From Chiloscyllium plagiosum (lineage: Eukaryota), in the NCBI RefSeq assembly GCF_004010195.1, contig NC_057754.1:7974747-8038746 (forward strand): DNA of 64,000 nucleotides. Reading direction: 5' to 3'. Below are positions 25,206 through 37,885 of this stretch, piece after piece (position 1 is the first letter of the stretch; each line of letters begins with the position of its first letter). A program made the translations under genes and the position numbers. The notes under the pieces are model-generated. The model was not told the origin of the DNA, did no database searches, and saw only the letters and a program-made list of their open reading frames with translations.

Positions 25206-26389
25206 CTTCACAATAAGCGTGCATTGTACTTTCTACCTTCTTCCCAGGTCCTGCAACCTCTCCCCATGGGAGATGGGTGCGGTTTACAACAGCAGTGCCC
25301 ACACTGCAAAGAGTTGATGTTGTAAAAGTATATGACTGGAAGTCTGTGCAGACTTAAAAATCTTTTAGCATATTAATTGACAACAAGAAATCAATAATTA
25401 AAATCTCTGGGGTTGCATTTGGGACACAGATACCAGGATGAGGTCATACGCTGTTGTCCAGAACATTCAAACGCGTTGCGAGCTCTCTGACAAAGTATTG
25501 ATCGAATAAATTGGTTTGATAATGTGTTTGGTCCCAGTGATCCATTCTACACTTTATTAGATTATCTGAGCAGCCACTGCTGATTGTTACTGACTAAAGT
25601 ATGTGCGCTTCATAAGATTATATAAACAGCTCGCGATATCATCATCCCTCTTGTCTTTTATTTTGAAACGCCAACACAAAAAAAAATCATATTCTGGACG
25701 TGGAAAAGACTTGCCGTGTAACTAAGCACATTAAATATTGAATGAAACTGCTTCCGAGTCAATAATGGATACGATTCGCATTGAAAATGGACTCAAATGG
25801 GACATTTTTTGCCAGCAGCACACTACAAAAGAGCTCATTTTGCACTAATTTTAGAGGTGGTGGAATAATGAGCCTTCACTAGGAAGACAATATGTCATTA
25901 TACAATGGAGGTCCGATCAGTGTTGAATGTAGCTAAAAAATACATTTGCACGCTGGTCTTGTATTGCCCACAACCATTGCAATCGCAGCACCAATTTAAT
26001 TGCCTCGGTGCTTTCATTTTCCAAAAAAGAAAAGGATTATTGAACCTTTGTGCAGAATGTAACTACTCATTACGGTTCGAGCTCTGTGGATAGATTTGCT
26101 GTTCTGTGCCCGGAGAGCCTGCCATCCACAGTCTCCATCCGGTGGGGTCACACTCTGTCAACAGCGCAGAGCGAGGTCCTTCGGCCCTTCACATCACTGC
26201 CTGCTCTCTGAATGGGCCGTTCACCATAACCCTGCAGCCTGCTGCCACCCTAATAGCTCCGTGGGTTAGACTGCAGCCGTTCAAGAAGGCGGGCTCTCCA
26301 TCGATACCTTCCCAAGGGCGAATGAGAGGTGGGCAATAAATGCTGGGCCCAGCTAGCGACACTCACATCCCACCATCGAGTCGGAAAGC

Positions 26390-27330
26390 ACCGTACCAGA
26401 CCCTTTGTTCCAACCAGTGCATGCTGACCATGTTTCCTCAAACTAAACTACTGCCATTTGCCTGCTATCAGCCCATATCCTTCTAAATCTTTCCCATTCA
26501 TGCACCTGTCCAAACATCATTTAACTGTTTGAACTGTACCTGCATCTATCACTTCCTGTAGCAGTTTATTCCACATACGAACCACCGTCGGGTGAAAAAG
26601 TTGCTCCTCAGCTACCTTTAAATCTTTCTCCCCTCACTTACGCTGCCCAGTTCTGAACCCCCAGTGAACTAACAAGAGCGATAACAGTCTGAGTCCCTTT
26701 TGAAAGCCTCAATTGAGCTTACCTCACTGTACTGTCGGGCAGTGTGTTCCAGACCCTAATTACTCCCTGTGCTGGGAAAGAATAACTGGGGAAAGTTATT
26801 CATTTGCCAATAACTTTAAATCTATACCCTTTCCTTCTCAATGCTTCAACTCTGATTACCATCTTCAGGCCCCTTTTAATTTTGAACATCCCCCACCAGT
26901 TCTCATAACCTTTCCTTCTCCAAGGTGGACAGTCTCCAGTCTATCTCCCAGACCTCAGAGCGAACCACCCAACTCATGTGGTACTCATAGAGTCATACAG
27001 CACAGAAACAGACCCTTCAGTCCAATCAGACCATGCTGACGATGCTCCCAAACTAAACTAGTCCAACCTGCCTGCGCTTGGCATATCCCTCCAAACCTTT
27101 CTTATTCATGTACGTATTTAAATGTCTTTTAAACATTGTAACTGTACCCTCAGCCACCACTTCCTCTGGAAGTTCATTCCACACGTGAATCATTGTCTGT
27201 ATAAAAAGACTGGGGCAACATCCTGGTAAATATCTCCAGACTGGACAACCTCCTGGTAAATCTTCTCTGCTCCCTCTCCAGTGCAATCATATTATTCCTG
27301 GAGTGTGGAGTCCAGGTGTGCTCCCAAGAC
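26390..27330 (-). mobile_element. Cluster of CR1 3' fragments
   Basis: Reverse-complement CR1 ends at ~26390-26640 and ~26985-27210 (VWNELPEEVVAEG). Confidence 0.75.
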
Positions 27331-28909
27331 TCTAAGCCGGCTGCATCGGTTCCCTGATGTTGAACAGTGGGTGGTGGGGCAGATTGCACCAGTATATGCT
27401 GAGGAGGGACAGGGAGACACTGGGTGCAACCTCTGAAATTCCATTTTGACCTGCTGTGTTCCCATACCAGACAGGCTGTACAGTGCGCGCTGACAATTTC
27501 CCCACTGTTACAATTGCAAGAAAACCTATTTCGTCTGTCACAGATGTTTCACTGCTCCCATATTTTGAGGATTTTCTGTTTGTTATGTCTGTGCGTGAAA
27601 ACCTGTTTCCAAAAGGTTAGTTATTATGCAGCTTGTGGATAAAATGAATCCCCTCTAAACATAAACTACACAAAAGTACTGGCATTGAAGTGTCCAATTA
27701 TCTCTGAATTAGAAGCACTTGTCTGTTCGCTAATTATAATCAAGCGCAGGTTTGTATCTGTTTTCAACAAAACAGGGGGGAAAAAAAATTAGCGTTCTTG
27801 TCTTCATCATGCTGCACAGATGGGAATCCTAAGCAGTAAATTTAAAACAAGGTAACACGAAAGAACATTCAGCATCCTTTTCAATTAATTTGCGAACAAA
27901 ATCATGTGTGTGGGATCATTCACCTCCCCCCCGGAGACAGCAACAATCTGCAAATCCTGTGTACCTGGATTCAGTGGAGTAACAACAACGGTTTGCAGTT
28001 CTGTAGTGGAGGGATTGTCTTAAGAGGGGAGCTCGAGTAGGTTGGGTCTGTACTCCGTGGAGTGAGAAGCAATCTTGTTGAAGCATGTACGATACATAGG
28101 GGCTTTCACAGGGTGGCTGCAGGGACGTTGTTTCCTCTTGCGGCAGAGTCTGGGACCAGAGGGCACACTCGCAGAGTATGGAGTCGCTCATGTAAGACAG
28201 CGATGAGGAGGAATGTCTTCTGTCGGATGGTAGTGAATGTGTGGAATTCTTCACAAACTAGGGCTGTTGAGGCTGGGTCATTAAGGTTAAGGTAGATTTT
28301 TAATTCAGGAAAGGAATCCAGGCTTTTCTGTAAAAGGCAGGAAAGTGGAATTGAGGGTTATCAGATTGGCCATAAATGGTGGAGCTGAGCCGATGGGCCG
28401 AATGGTCTACGTCTGCACCTGCGTCCATGGTCTGACATTCGAGTACTTTAGCGCCATTTTCTTCCTCTCTTTATTTTGAAGCAGTTTTGTTCGCCTCGTA
28501 ACCCCGAATTCCCCTAGCCACCTCCCCCATGAGTAACAGCAAGAACAGTTTTCCAAGACCTGTGATTCGCAAATCCCTCCAGCGTGAATTTGCAGTGTGG
28601 CAGTTGAAGAGACTGGCCAATCATTCCCCCCCCCGCCACCATGCCCCATACTCAGTTGGCGCCATTTTTGGTGACCATACCTTTAACTGCCTGCACCCTG
28701 AGTTTCTGGAAAACCTTTCCTCTCCAATTAGCTCTCCTCCCTTCAGATGTTCCTTAATTCAGCTTTTGATTGGCTGCCGTGATATTGTCCTGCTGTCAGA
28801 TGATCTCTTGTGAAACTTTTTAAGACATTTCACTAAAATAAAGGTACATCGTGAATGTAATTTTTCGGCGGTGTTGTTACTCTCGGTGGGTACCTGCACG
28901 TGAGATCAT

Positions 28910-30060
28910 CATTAGGAAAAATAGGGGCAGGAATAGGCCATTCAGCCCTTCCAGCCTGTTCCATCTTTTCGTAAGGTCATGAGTGATCTGATTGTGGCCT
29001 CAACTCACTTCCCATAACCACTGACCCACTCATCGGCCAAAACTCCGTCTAACTCAGCCCCGAGTCTTACTCAATGACTCATCCTCCACTGCCTGATGAC
29101 CCTCTGAGAGAAGGAGTTCCTCCTCACCTCCACCCTTCATGAAACTTTGAAACCGTACGCCCTAGAATCCTCCAGGAGAAGCATTATTCCGTCTGTATCT
29201 ATTCCTGACCCCCTTGGAATCTGGTATGTTGCAATAAGATCTCTCATTCTTCTAAATGCCAGTGAGTATAAGGCTACCCAGCTGACTGTTCCTACATAGC
29301 CCAAACCCTATCAGGCCAGGAATCAGATGAGCGAATCTTCTCTACCAACAATGTGCATGTTATTCTAGGTGTGGGCTCACCAATGTCCTGTCCATTTGCA
29401 GCGAGATTTCCCCGCTTTAACAGTCCTTGGCTGCAGAACATTTAATTTGCCTTCCTAATTTCTTACTGTACCTGCATGCTCATCTTTTTGTGGTTCCTGT
29501 ACAAGGACACCCAGATCCCCCTGCACTGCAGCGTCCTGTAGTCTCCTTGGATTTAAATAACACTTTGCTTTTCAGTTCTTCTCGCCAAAATGCAAAACCT
29601 TATGTTTTCCCACATGGTCCTCGAGGCTTCACAGAATTATTATGATGCACGCTGTGGTCATTCGTTCCATTGTGCCTATGCTGGCCCTCATAATGCAGGT
29701 TGTAACTTAGTGTCTTTCTCTTGCCTTTTCCACATAAACGGGCACAATATTTCCATTCAAATAATGGCCTCAATTATAGACCAATATCTTGGTGGACAGC
29801 TCATCTGCTAAATCTTTGTCCATTCAGTTAACCAATGTATATTAATTTGCAAACTCTTTACATACTGCTTGCAATTTTCCTTCTCATACCTGTCTTTGTA
29901 TCATCGGCAGATTTGCTGCACCATTATTATTCCTTCATCCAAGTCATTAATACAAATTGTAAGTAGCTGAGGCCCCAGCGTGGGACTACTTGACACTCCA
30001 CTAGTTAAGAATTGCTCTGTTGAAATTGATTCATTTATCATAATTCTCTCTTTCCTGTTG
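28910..30060 (-). mobile_element. Old CR1/L2-type LINE fragments
   Basis: AGGGGCAGGAATAGGCCATTCAGCCC 3' end and TCATCGGCAGATTTG (FADD-like on the minus strand). Confidence 0.6.
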
Positions 30061-30253
30061 GTTTAGTTGTCATTACTCCAAGTTTTACATTCAGTTCTGT
30101 CTGATCTTCATGTTTTCCCCATTCTCTCAATCATTACTCTCTCACCTCCCCTCAATCAGCATCCTTTCCCATTTCCCCTCAAACACAACCCTCTGCCCCT
30201 CCACCCCCAATCACCCCCCCTTTCCCCATCTTCCCTCATTCATCATCTTCTCC

Positions 30254-30868
30254 NNNNNNNNNNNNNNNNNNNNNNNNNNNNNNNNNNNNNNNNNNNNNNN
30301 NNNNNNNNNNNNNNNNNNNNNNNNNNNNNNNNNNNNNNNNNNNNNNNNNNNNNNNNNNNNNNNNNNNNNNNNNNNNNNNNNNNNNNNNNNNNNNNNNNNN
30401 NNNNNNNNNNNNNNNNNNNNNNNNNNNNNNNNNNNNNNNNNNNNNNNNNNNNNNNNNNNNNNNNNNNNNNNNNNNNNNNNNNNNNNNNNNNNNNNNNNNN
30501 NNNNNNNNNNNNNNNNNNNNNNNNNNNNNNNNNNNNNNNNNNNNNNNNNNNNNNNNNNNNNNNNNNNNNNNNNNNNNNNNNNNNNNNNNNNNNNNNNNNN
30601 NNNNNNNNNNNNNNNNNNNNNNNNNNNNNNNNNNNNNNNNNNNNNNNNNNNNNNNNNNNNNNNNNNNNNNNNNNNNNNNNNNNNNNNNNNNNNNNNNNNN
30701 NNNNNNNNNNNNNNNNNNNNNNNNNNNNNNNNNNNNNNNNNNNNNNNNNNNNNNNNNNNNNNNNNNNNNNNNNNNNNNNNNNNNNNNNNNNNNNNNNNNN
30801 NNNNNNNNNNNNNNNNNNNNNNNNNNNNNNNNNNNNNNNNNNNNNNNNNNNNNNNNNNNNNNNNNNNN
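30254..30868. other. Assembly gap (615 N)
   Basis: Run of N flanked by pyrimidine-rich sequence. Confidence 1.
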
Positions 30869-31005
30869 TCCCCCTCCCAGTCTGCACTTTCTCCCTCTCT
30901 CTCATCTCCTCCCTCTCCCCTCTCCCAATCTCCACCCTCTCCCCTCTCCCAATCTCCACCCTCTCCCCTCTCCCAATCTCCACCCTCTCCCCCTCCCGAT
31001 CTCTA
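30869..31005. repeat. Polypyrimidine minisatellite, ~24-bp unit CTCTCCCCTCTCCCAATCTCCACC
   Basis: About 4-5 direct copies immediately after the gap. Confidence 0.85.
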
Positions 31006-31879
31006 CCCTGTCCCTTGACAGCAGAGAGGTCACCCTGCAGACATTGGGACGTGTGAGGTGGTCTCCTTCCCCCTCCTGTAGGAACCTGCGGCCAATTTTG
31101 AAGATCTCCACCACCATCCTTTCTGTTCATCTTTAAAATTGGAGCCAGTGCTTGCTCGTTCGTCAATGCCTGCTCCTTATGTGTCTCCCTGTCGGCTGCC
31201 TGCATATTTTCCCCTCGTAATTTCCATTTTAATTGTAGCTATTCATTACTTGCAGGAAAGGCTTGTTTAGTTCCTAGTCCAGTTCCCTTGAGCCTCCCAC
31301 TGTTCCTGCCTACTCCACACTCTAAACATTTCCCATCTCTCCTCCATTGACATGTCCTTCAGTCTTATCCTGCCTTCAATGTTTAATTGGTTTTTTACAC
31401 CTTTATATTTCAAACTATAATTTGTTTTGGTCTCAGGCATGGAATGATGCACGTGGCGCAATTGTTGAAGTTAACTCAGGGTAAACCAGCGGTTGATTGG
31501 AAGCTTGGCACCTCGGATTATCAGCCAGTCGTGTAAAACCCAGCCCATTTTTAATTCGGAAGCTTGTAAGCATTCCCAATCGGCATTGAGTTGATCAACA
31601 CGACAGCTGATGGAGACGTGTGTGCGCTGGAAATGCAGAGGTTGTGGACCTGGGTTTGACTCGAGTTTACCTTCCTCCCCTCAGTTTTATTTTTCAAACC
31701 CTTCCCCATCATTCCCCACCTTTCAGCCCGAATATCATTTCTGCCGTGACGTTTATCCTTTTGTCTGTTCAAGCATCGTGACAGGGCAAGCCCATTGGAA
31801 CGGGGGTGGGCACAAAAAGTTACCCACAAGCATGTTCCTTGCCTCAGAGGGGAGATTTTTATCCTTTGCGCCATTCTTT

Positions 31880-32070
31880 GGTGGGACGTGGGCAGTGCCA
31901 GCATTTGTTGGCCGTCCTGAATTGCCCCCTGGTGCTGAGCGGCTCACTTGGCCATTTGCAGAGTGCGGTTATCATTGAACCCTGTCATGGTGAGGCCTGG
32001 AGTCACGTGTAGGCCCAGACCAGGTAAGGGTTGGCAGATTTCCCTCCCTGAAGGACATGAGTGAACCAAA
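31880..32070 (-). mobile_element. tRNA-derived SINE family 2 (CR1-like tail) fragment
   Basis: GCCAGCATTTGTTGGCCGTCCTGAATTGCCC...GGCAGATTTCCCTCCCTGAAGGACATGAGTGAACC, reverse complement of the copy at 43490-43900. Further copies near 17320, 32370-32960, 38560, 52245, 53370 and 63860. Confidence 0.65.
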
Positions 32071-32089
32071 TTTAAATCCTTGAGGGTTA

Positions 32090-32349
32090 AGGTTAGATTA
32101 GATTCCCTACAGTGTGCAAACAGGCCCTTCAGCCCAACCAGTCCACACCGCCCCTCCGAAGAGTAACCCATCCAGACCCAATTTCTCTCTAACTAGTGCA
32201 CCTAACATTACGGACAATTTACCTAACCTGCACATCTTTGGACTATGAAAGGAAATCAGAACACCCAGAGGAAACCTGAGGCGGGAATTGAACCCAGGTC
32301 TCTGGCACTGTGAGGCAGCACTGCTAACCACTGTGCCACCGTGCCGCCC
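32090..32349 (-). mobile_element. HE1/V-SINE-like SINE
   Basis: Minus-strand head GGGCGGCACGGTGGCACAGTGGTTAGCAGTGCTGCCTCACAG...GGGTTCAATTCCC and tail (AATCT)n. Confidence 0.88.
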
Positions 32350-32444
32350 CACGAATCTTCGTGGATATTATCTGGGCATTCTGGCCTGTTGTTGCCCATT
32401 CCTAATTGCCCCTTGAACTGAGTGGCTCGCTAGGGGCCATTTCA

Positions 32445-32676
32445 AAGGATCAACTTTGTCACGCAGAGGGCGGTGCGTTTATGGAATGAGCTGCCAGAGG
32501 AAGTGGTGGAGGCTGGTACATTTGCAGCATTTAAAAGGCATCTGAATGGGTATATGAATAGGAAAGGTTTGGAGGGATATGGGCAGGTGGGACTTGATTT
32601 GGCTGGGATATCTGGTCGGCATGGACGGGTTGGACCGAAGGGTCTGTTTCCGTGCTGTACATCTCTCTGACTCTAT
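32445..32676 (+). mobile_element. CR1 3' end inserted into a family-2 SINE
   Basis: LWNELPEEVVEAGT. GGGCCATTTCA occurs on both sides (~32434 and ~32677). Confidence 0.85.
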
Positions 32677-33111
32677 GGGCCATTTCAGAGGGTCGTTACG
32701 AATCAGTCAGGAGGCTGCAGGTCTACAGTAGGCCCAGACTGGGTAAGGAGGGCAGATTTCCTGAACCAACTGAGGATTCTTCACAACAATCTTGTCTTAT
32801 CTTCCTCTTTCAGAGAATAGTTTTCTGAGAATTTTAATTCCCGATTTTGTGATCCCCCTTTACATTCGACCTCTGCAGGATGTGAACGTGTGTACCCAGA
32901 GCACTGAGCTGTGGCCTGTGGAGAGTGAATCCACAGGCACTCACAGTAAGCTGTCAACCCAGTGACATGAGGGTGAAGAAGCAAAGAGGTAGGTTAGCGG
33001 TATGGGTGTGGGGAGGAACCTTTCAGAGTAAGTCAGCAAGATACAGCCCAAGTATAGAATCTGAAATAACTGACGAGTAAAATAAAAATTCAGGAATAAA
33101 CCTTCAGCAAT

Positions 33112-33660
33112 GAATCATAGAAACCCTGTGATGCAGATAAAGGCCATTTGGTCCATCAATTCTGCACTGGCCCTCTGAAGAGCGTCCCAACCTGACCCAC
33201 CTACATTTCCCATGGCAAATCCACTTGGTCTGCACATCCCTGGACACTATGAAACAATTTAGCACGTCCAATCCACCCGAACCTGCACATCCCTGGGCAC
33301 TATGGGACAATTTAGCACGGCCAATCCACCCTAAACCTGCACATCCCTGGGCACTATGGGACAATTCAGCGCGGCCAATCCACCCTAACCTGCACATCCC
33401 TGGGCACTGTGGGACAATTTAGCACGGCCAATCCACCCTAACCTGCACATCCCTGGGCACTATGGGTAATTTAGCACGGCCAATCCACCCTAACCTGTAC
33501 ACCTTTGGATTGTGGAAACCGGAGCCCCTGGAGGAAACCCCACACAGACACGAGGGGAAGAACGTGCACATTCCACACAGACAGTTGCCCGAAGCTGGGG
33601 TTGAACCCGGGTCCCTGGCTCTGTGAGGCAACAGTGCTAACCACTGAGCCACTGTGCTGC
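33112..33660 (-). mobile_element. HE1/V-SINE-like SINE with internal ~53-bp tandem expansion (about 6 units)
   Basis: Repeated CTGCACATCCCTGGGCACTATGGGACAATTTAGCACGGCCAATCCACCCTAAC, plus a tRNA-like head at ~33600-33660. Confidence 0.88.
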
Positions 33661-33838
33661 TCTTAGTCTCTCATTCTCCTTTCTTTCCTCATTCTCTGTT
33701 TCTGATCTTGCAGCCCCACCTTCCTTCCTCAGAAGGCATTTAGTAACACGGGTCACCTTGCAGAAATCCATTGCTTCATTACCGATTAGGGGAGGTGATA
33801 ACCTGGTGCTATTATCGCTCGAATATAAATCCAAAACT

Positions 33839-34098
33839 GAGAAAGTGAGGACTGCAGCTGCTGGAGATCAGAGTCAAAAAGTGTGGCGCTGGAAAAGCAC
33901 AGCGGGTCAGGCAGCATCTGGCGCTGGAAAAGCACAGCGGGTCAGGCAGCATCCGAGGAGCAGGCGATAATTTCGGGCATAAGCCTTTCATCAGGAATCC
34001 ACATTCCCGATGAAGGCCTTATGTCCAAAACGTCCACTCTCTTGCTCCTCGGATGCTGCCTGACCTGCTGTGCTTTCCCAGCGCCACACCTTTTGACT
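33839..34098. mobile_element. Palindromic Penelope-type family B element with two degenerate hammerheads at its centre
   Basis: Arms are inverted about ~34000 (TTCATCAGGAATCC/ACATTCCCGATGAAGG). 35-bp internal tandem duplication 33884-33918 / 33919-33953. Inserted in a family-2 SINE. Confidence 0.8.
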
Positions 34099-35167
34099 AT
34101 AGGCTAATTTCTGGGGACCTGCGTTCAAATCCTACCACGGCTAATGGTGGAATTTGAATTCGATAAATGGACGATTCCGTGGAGGAAAAGGCTGCCGTTT
34201 GAGCAGCACTTGAATACCTTGGGCTTGTACTCACTGGAGTCGGGAAGAACGAGAGAAGGGGGGGGGATCTGATTGAGGTGTATGAGAATGTTAAAGGGGA
34301 TTGGGAAGGTGGATGTTGGCCAGGTGCTCCCCCTTGTGGGGCAGCCTCGAACAAGGGGTCACAGACACGGAGTGAGAGGGAACCGGTCCAAAACTGACCC
34401 GGGGGGAAACTAATTCTCTCAGAGGGTTGTGAGCCTGTGCTACTTAGTCTCCCAGAGTGAAGTGCAGGCAGAATCACTCGACAGACTCAAGAAGGGAATG
34501 GGTATATTTCTGGTGGGAGGTGCGATAAAGGGCGATGGGTATCAGGCAGGAGAGTGAAGGTAGGACCAGAATAAGATCAGCCATGATCATGTTCAATGGC
34601 AAAATGGGCTTTAAGGGCTGAGTTGCCTACTCCTGCTCCTAATTCCTGTCTAATCCTGAATTAAGAGTCTAATGATGACCGTGACCCGATTGTCAGAAGA
34701 CCCATCTAGTTCACTTCAGGAAGGACATTTAGGTGAGGGTATCTGCCATCCTTACCCAGTCTGGCCTACATGTAACTCTGGGCCCTCATCAGAAGTGGGT
34801 AACTCTTAACTGCCCTCCAGGGAATTAAGCTGGGTCATAAATGCTGTCCTAGCCAGTGATGGCCTCATCCTCTGAGGGGATAAGAAAAAGACCTTTGTGT
34901 TCAGATTTCAAAAGTGGTCTCTGGTGGGAGGCTCTGAGTTTGGGTCCCACTCGCTAGCCAGTTTGTAAATCCTTCTGCTAGTACAGTAAGACCAGGTGAC
35001 TGTCTTGTGGTAGAGTGCCCCTCATCAAGCTTCAGCCTCCGGTGGTCTGGTCCATCAGCAGCAAGCTGTGGAGGCAGATGCGCTGTCTGACGATACCAGC
35101 GATCCCATGTGTCATTCTCACGTGGTGAATCGATGGTGACAGTCACAGCCATCCTGTCTGCTCCTCT

Positions 35168-35565
35168 CCTGTACCCGAGCTGGTGCCTGTACCCAGGCTG
35201 GTGCCTGTATCCGGGCTGGTGCCTGTATCCGGGCTGGTGCCTGTATCCGGGCTAGTGCCTGTACCCAGGCTGCTGCCTGTACGCGGGCTGGCGCCTGTAT
35301 CCAGGCTGGTGCCTGTATTCAGGCTGGTGCCTGTATTCAGGCTGGTGCCTGTACCCTGGCTGCTGCCTGTACCCGGCTGGTGCCTGAACCCAGACTGGTG
35401 CCTGTACCTGGGCTGGTGTTTGTACCTGGGCAGCTCCCTGTACCCAGGCTGGTGCCTGTACTCGGGCTGGTTCCAGTACCTGGGCTGGTTCCCGTACCTG
35501 GGCTGATGCCTGTACCCGGGCTGGTGCTGTACCTGTGCAGCTGCCTGTACTCTGGCTGCTGTCTG
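35168..35565. repeat. 18-bp minisatellite (GCTGGTGCCTGTACCCRG)n, about 21 units
   Basis: Direct tandem repeats with one 17-bp unit. The minus strand translates as VQAPAR or GYRHQP repeats. Confidence 0.92.
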
Positions 35566-36484
35566 TAGAGGCTGCTACAAACCCATCTGCGTTCATATCT
35601 CCTGTAGCCCTGGGTGAGCTGTGCTGGCAGCTGTTTGGCTGCTGGTGTCACCCATTTGTCAGTAGACGTGAAGATGAGGTAATCACATTTGACTCGTTCA
35701 TCTCAAGGCCTGCGTTGTGGGCAGCCCACGGTACTGTGGAAGGGTGGCAGCCAGTCTCTCGCTGCCTCTGTCTCTCCTCTACCCCTGCTCCTTGCATTCC
35801 CACACCTCTCCTTCTCACCTCTGAATGCCACCCCCCCCGCGCCAGAATGCCGTCTCCCAAACGTCCTGGGGGCCCTCCACAAGGTACAACAATAATTAGG
35901 AAATCTAATAGCGTGTTACTGTTTGTTGTGAGGAGATTTGAGGACAAAAGTCAGGATGCTTCAGTTCCAAAGGCACATGTGAGACCACTTCTGGTGTACT
36001 CCACACAGAACCTCTTCAGTCTCATTATTGAAATGTCCTTTTGCAAACAATGAAGAGTCAAGCTTGGTGGACCTGTGTGATACAAAGACAAGGAGAGGGT
36101 TAACTGAGTTTAGTATGCTCAGTGGATGCTCAGTCGTCTGATCTTTATGGCAATCTTTGCTCCTGATAATTCTGACAGTATCAGTGTTTGTTGAAGCCAG
36201 CAGTCCATCCGACTAGACACAGGATTTATTATCTGAGACTGTTGAATCATCAGAAAGTGTGGCACAGATTTCACATCATTTTTTGCAACAGAAAGTAATC
36301 CCTATAGTTGTTCTGTGTGCACAGCTACTGTGTTCCTTCTCTGTCAGTGGACTGTTTGGACTATCTTGGTGAAACTCTGCTTTGGAAATTAATTTGTTGT
36401 GATGATTACAACTGCAGTAACAGACATCTTCAGGAAAGCGTGTTTGCAAGACGTCAGTTCTCCAGCATCTCCACATACATTTGA

Positions 36485-37222
36485 AAGACACATACACATA
36501 GTCAGAGACTCATGCAAATGCGTTTGTACATGGAGATATGCACACAGGCAGAGAGACATGTGTACAAGAGATGTGCACACAGAGACCCACGCAGACATCT
36601 GCCGGGACATGGCACACACATCTAGAGATATGCACACACAGATATTCACACATGCAGAGACACACACATAGATGCGCACATAGGTGCAGACAGATGCGGA
36701 GACAAGCGTGCACGCAACGTGCATGCATCCATGCAGAGACCTATAAACACACGGTGATCTGTACACATATGCAATGACATGTGCACATGCATACGTGCAG
36801 AGACCTGCAAAGACACAAGAGACACAAACACGCACTGGGGCAGAGATGCAGTGACATGCACGCATGCAGAGACATACGCGCACACAGATACACGTATGCA
36901 ACATGCAGACACTCATGCATGCACACAGATGTGTGCACACATGGAGAAGGCATGCACACAGACAGAAATGCATGCAGTATCATATGGTCACATATTCAGA
37001 TGTATCCCATATAGACAGCTGCAGAACAGTCTTAGACAAACCTGCATGGGAGAACACACATACACACATAACTGCGCGCACACACAAACATATGCACCCA
37101 CACAAACACGCACACACAAACACACGCACGCACACAAATGGGCACACACAAACATATGCACCCACACAAACGTACACACACAAATACACACACACACACA
37201 TGCACACGCACACACACATGCG
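36485..37222. repeat. Degenerate (CA)n / CATG-rich simple repeat
   Basis: Alternating purine-pyrimidine low-complexity tract. Confidence 0.9.
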
Positions 37223-37557
37223 AGCATCTGTGCATTCTACTTGTCTGCTTTCTTAGACTGTTATTTTCCAAGCTGGGGACGTTGTAATTGTTTATGAAGC
37301 CGATTTCTGTTAAAGTTCAAGATGAGGGAACTTGGTAATGGATCGGACTAAAAATGAAGTGAGAAGGTTTTTGTTCAGTGTGTTTATTGAATCACATCTG
37401 AAAGCCTTGGTGTAATTATTCCTCAGCATCTCAGCTCACCAACTGAAATTACATTTGCTTTCTCCATTCATCTTGCACATCACTGCCAGGGTATTGGCTG
37501 GTTTGTTTGTGGTTGGAATCAGTCATATCATAGCCAGAGCAAACAGCATGTCATGAG

Positions 37558-37885
37558 GGTGACGCGACAGCTCAGTGGTTAGCATTGCTGCCTCACAGCA
37601 CCAGGGACTTGGGTTCGATTCCACCCTCGAGCGACTGTCTCCGTGGAGAATACGCGTTCCTCCTACGTCTGCAAGGGGGTTTCCTCCCAGAGTCCAAGGA
37701 CGTGCAGGTTAGGGTGGATTCGCTGTGTGGAATTACCTGTAGTGTCCAGAGATGTGCTGGTCAGATTGGTTAGCCATGGGAAATACAGGGATAGGGTGCT
37801 GGGTTTGGGTGGAACGCTGTTCAAAGGGTTGGTGCAGACTTGATGGGCTGAATGGCCTACGTCCACACTGTAAGGATTCTATGAA
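37558..37885 (+). mobile_element. HE1/V-SINE-like SINE
   Basis: GCTCAGTGGTTAGCATTGCTGCCTCACAGCACCAGGGACTTGGGTTCGATTCC...GATTCTATGA. Confidence 0.87.

Noticed and set aside
25231..25330. Strong-looking splice acceptor TTCTACCTTCTTCCCAG/G
   Set aside because: All three downstream frames stop quickly and none resembles PC or a protein I recognise.
30067..31205. Long ORFs of 300+ aa across the first gap
   Set aside because: Artefacts of translating N and low-complexity flanks.
34494..34515. AAGGGAATGGGTATA (KGMGI) as the next PC exon (EGMGIRLD)
   Set aside because: Flanking codons do not match PC, and the site lies in a LINE 3' remnant.
36389..37297. Cys/His/Val-rich ORFs resembling metal-binding proteins
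   Set aside because: Translations of a degenerate (CA)n tract. The same applies to ORFs at 40901-41472 and 47575-48068.
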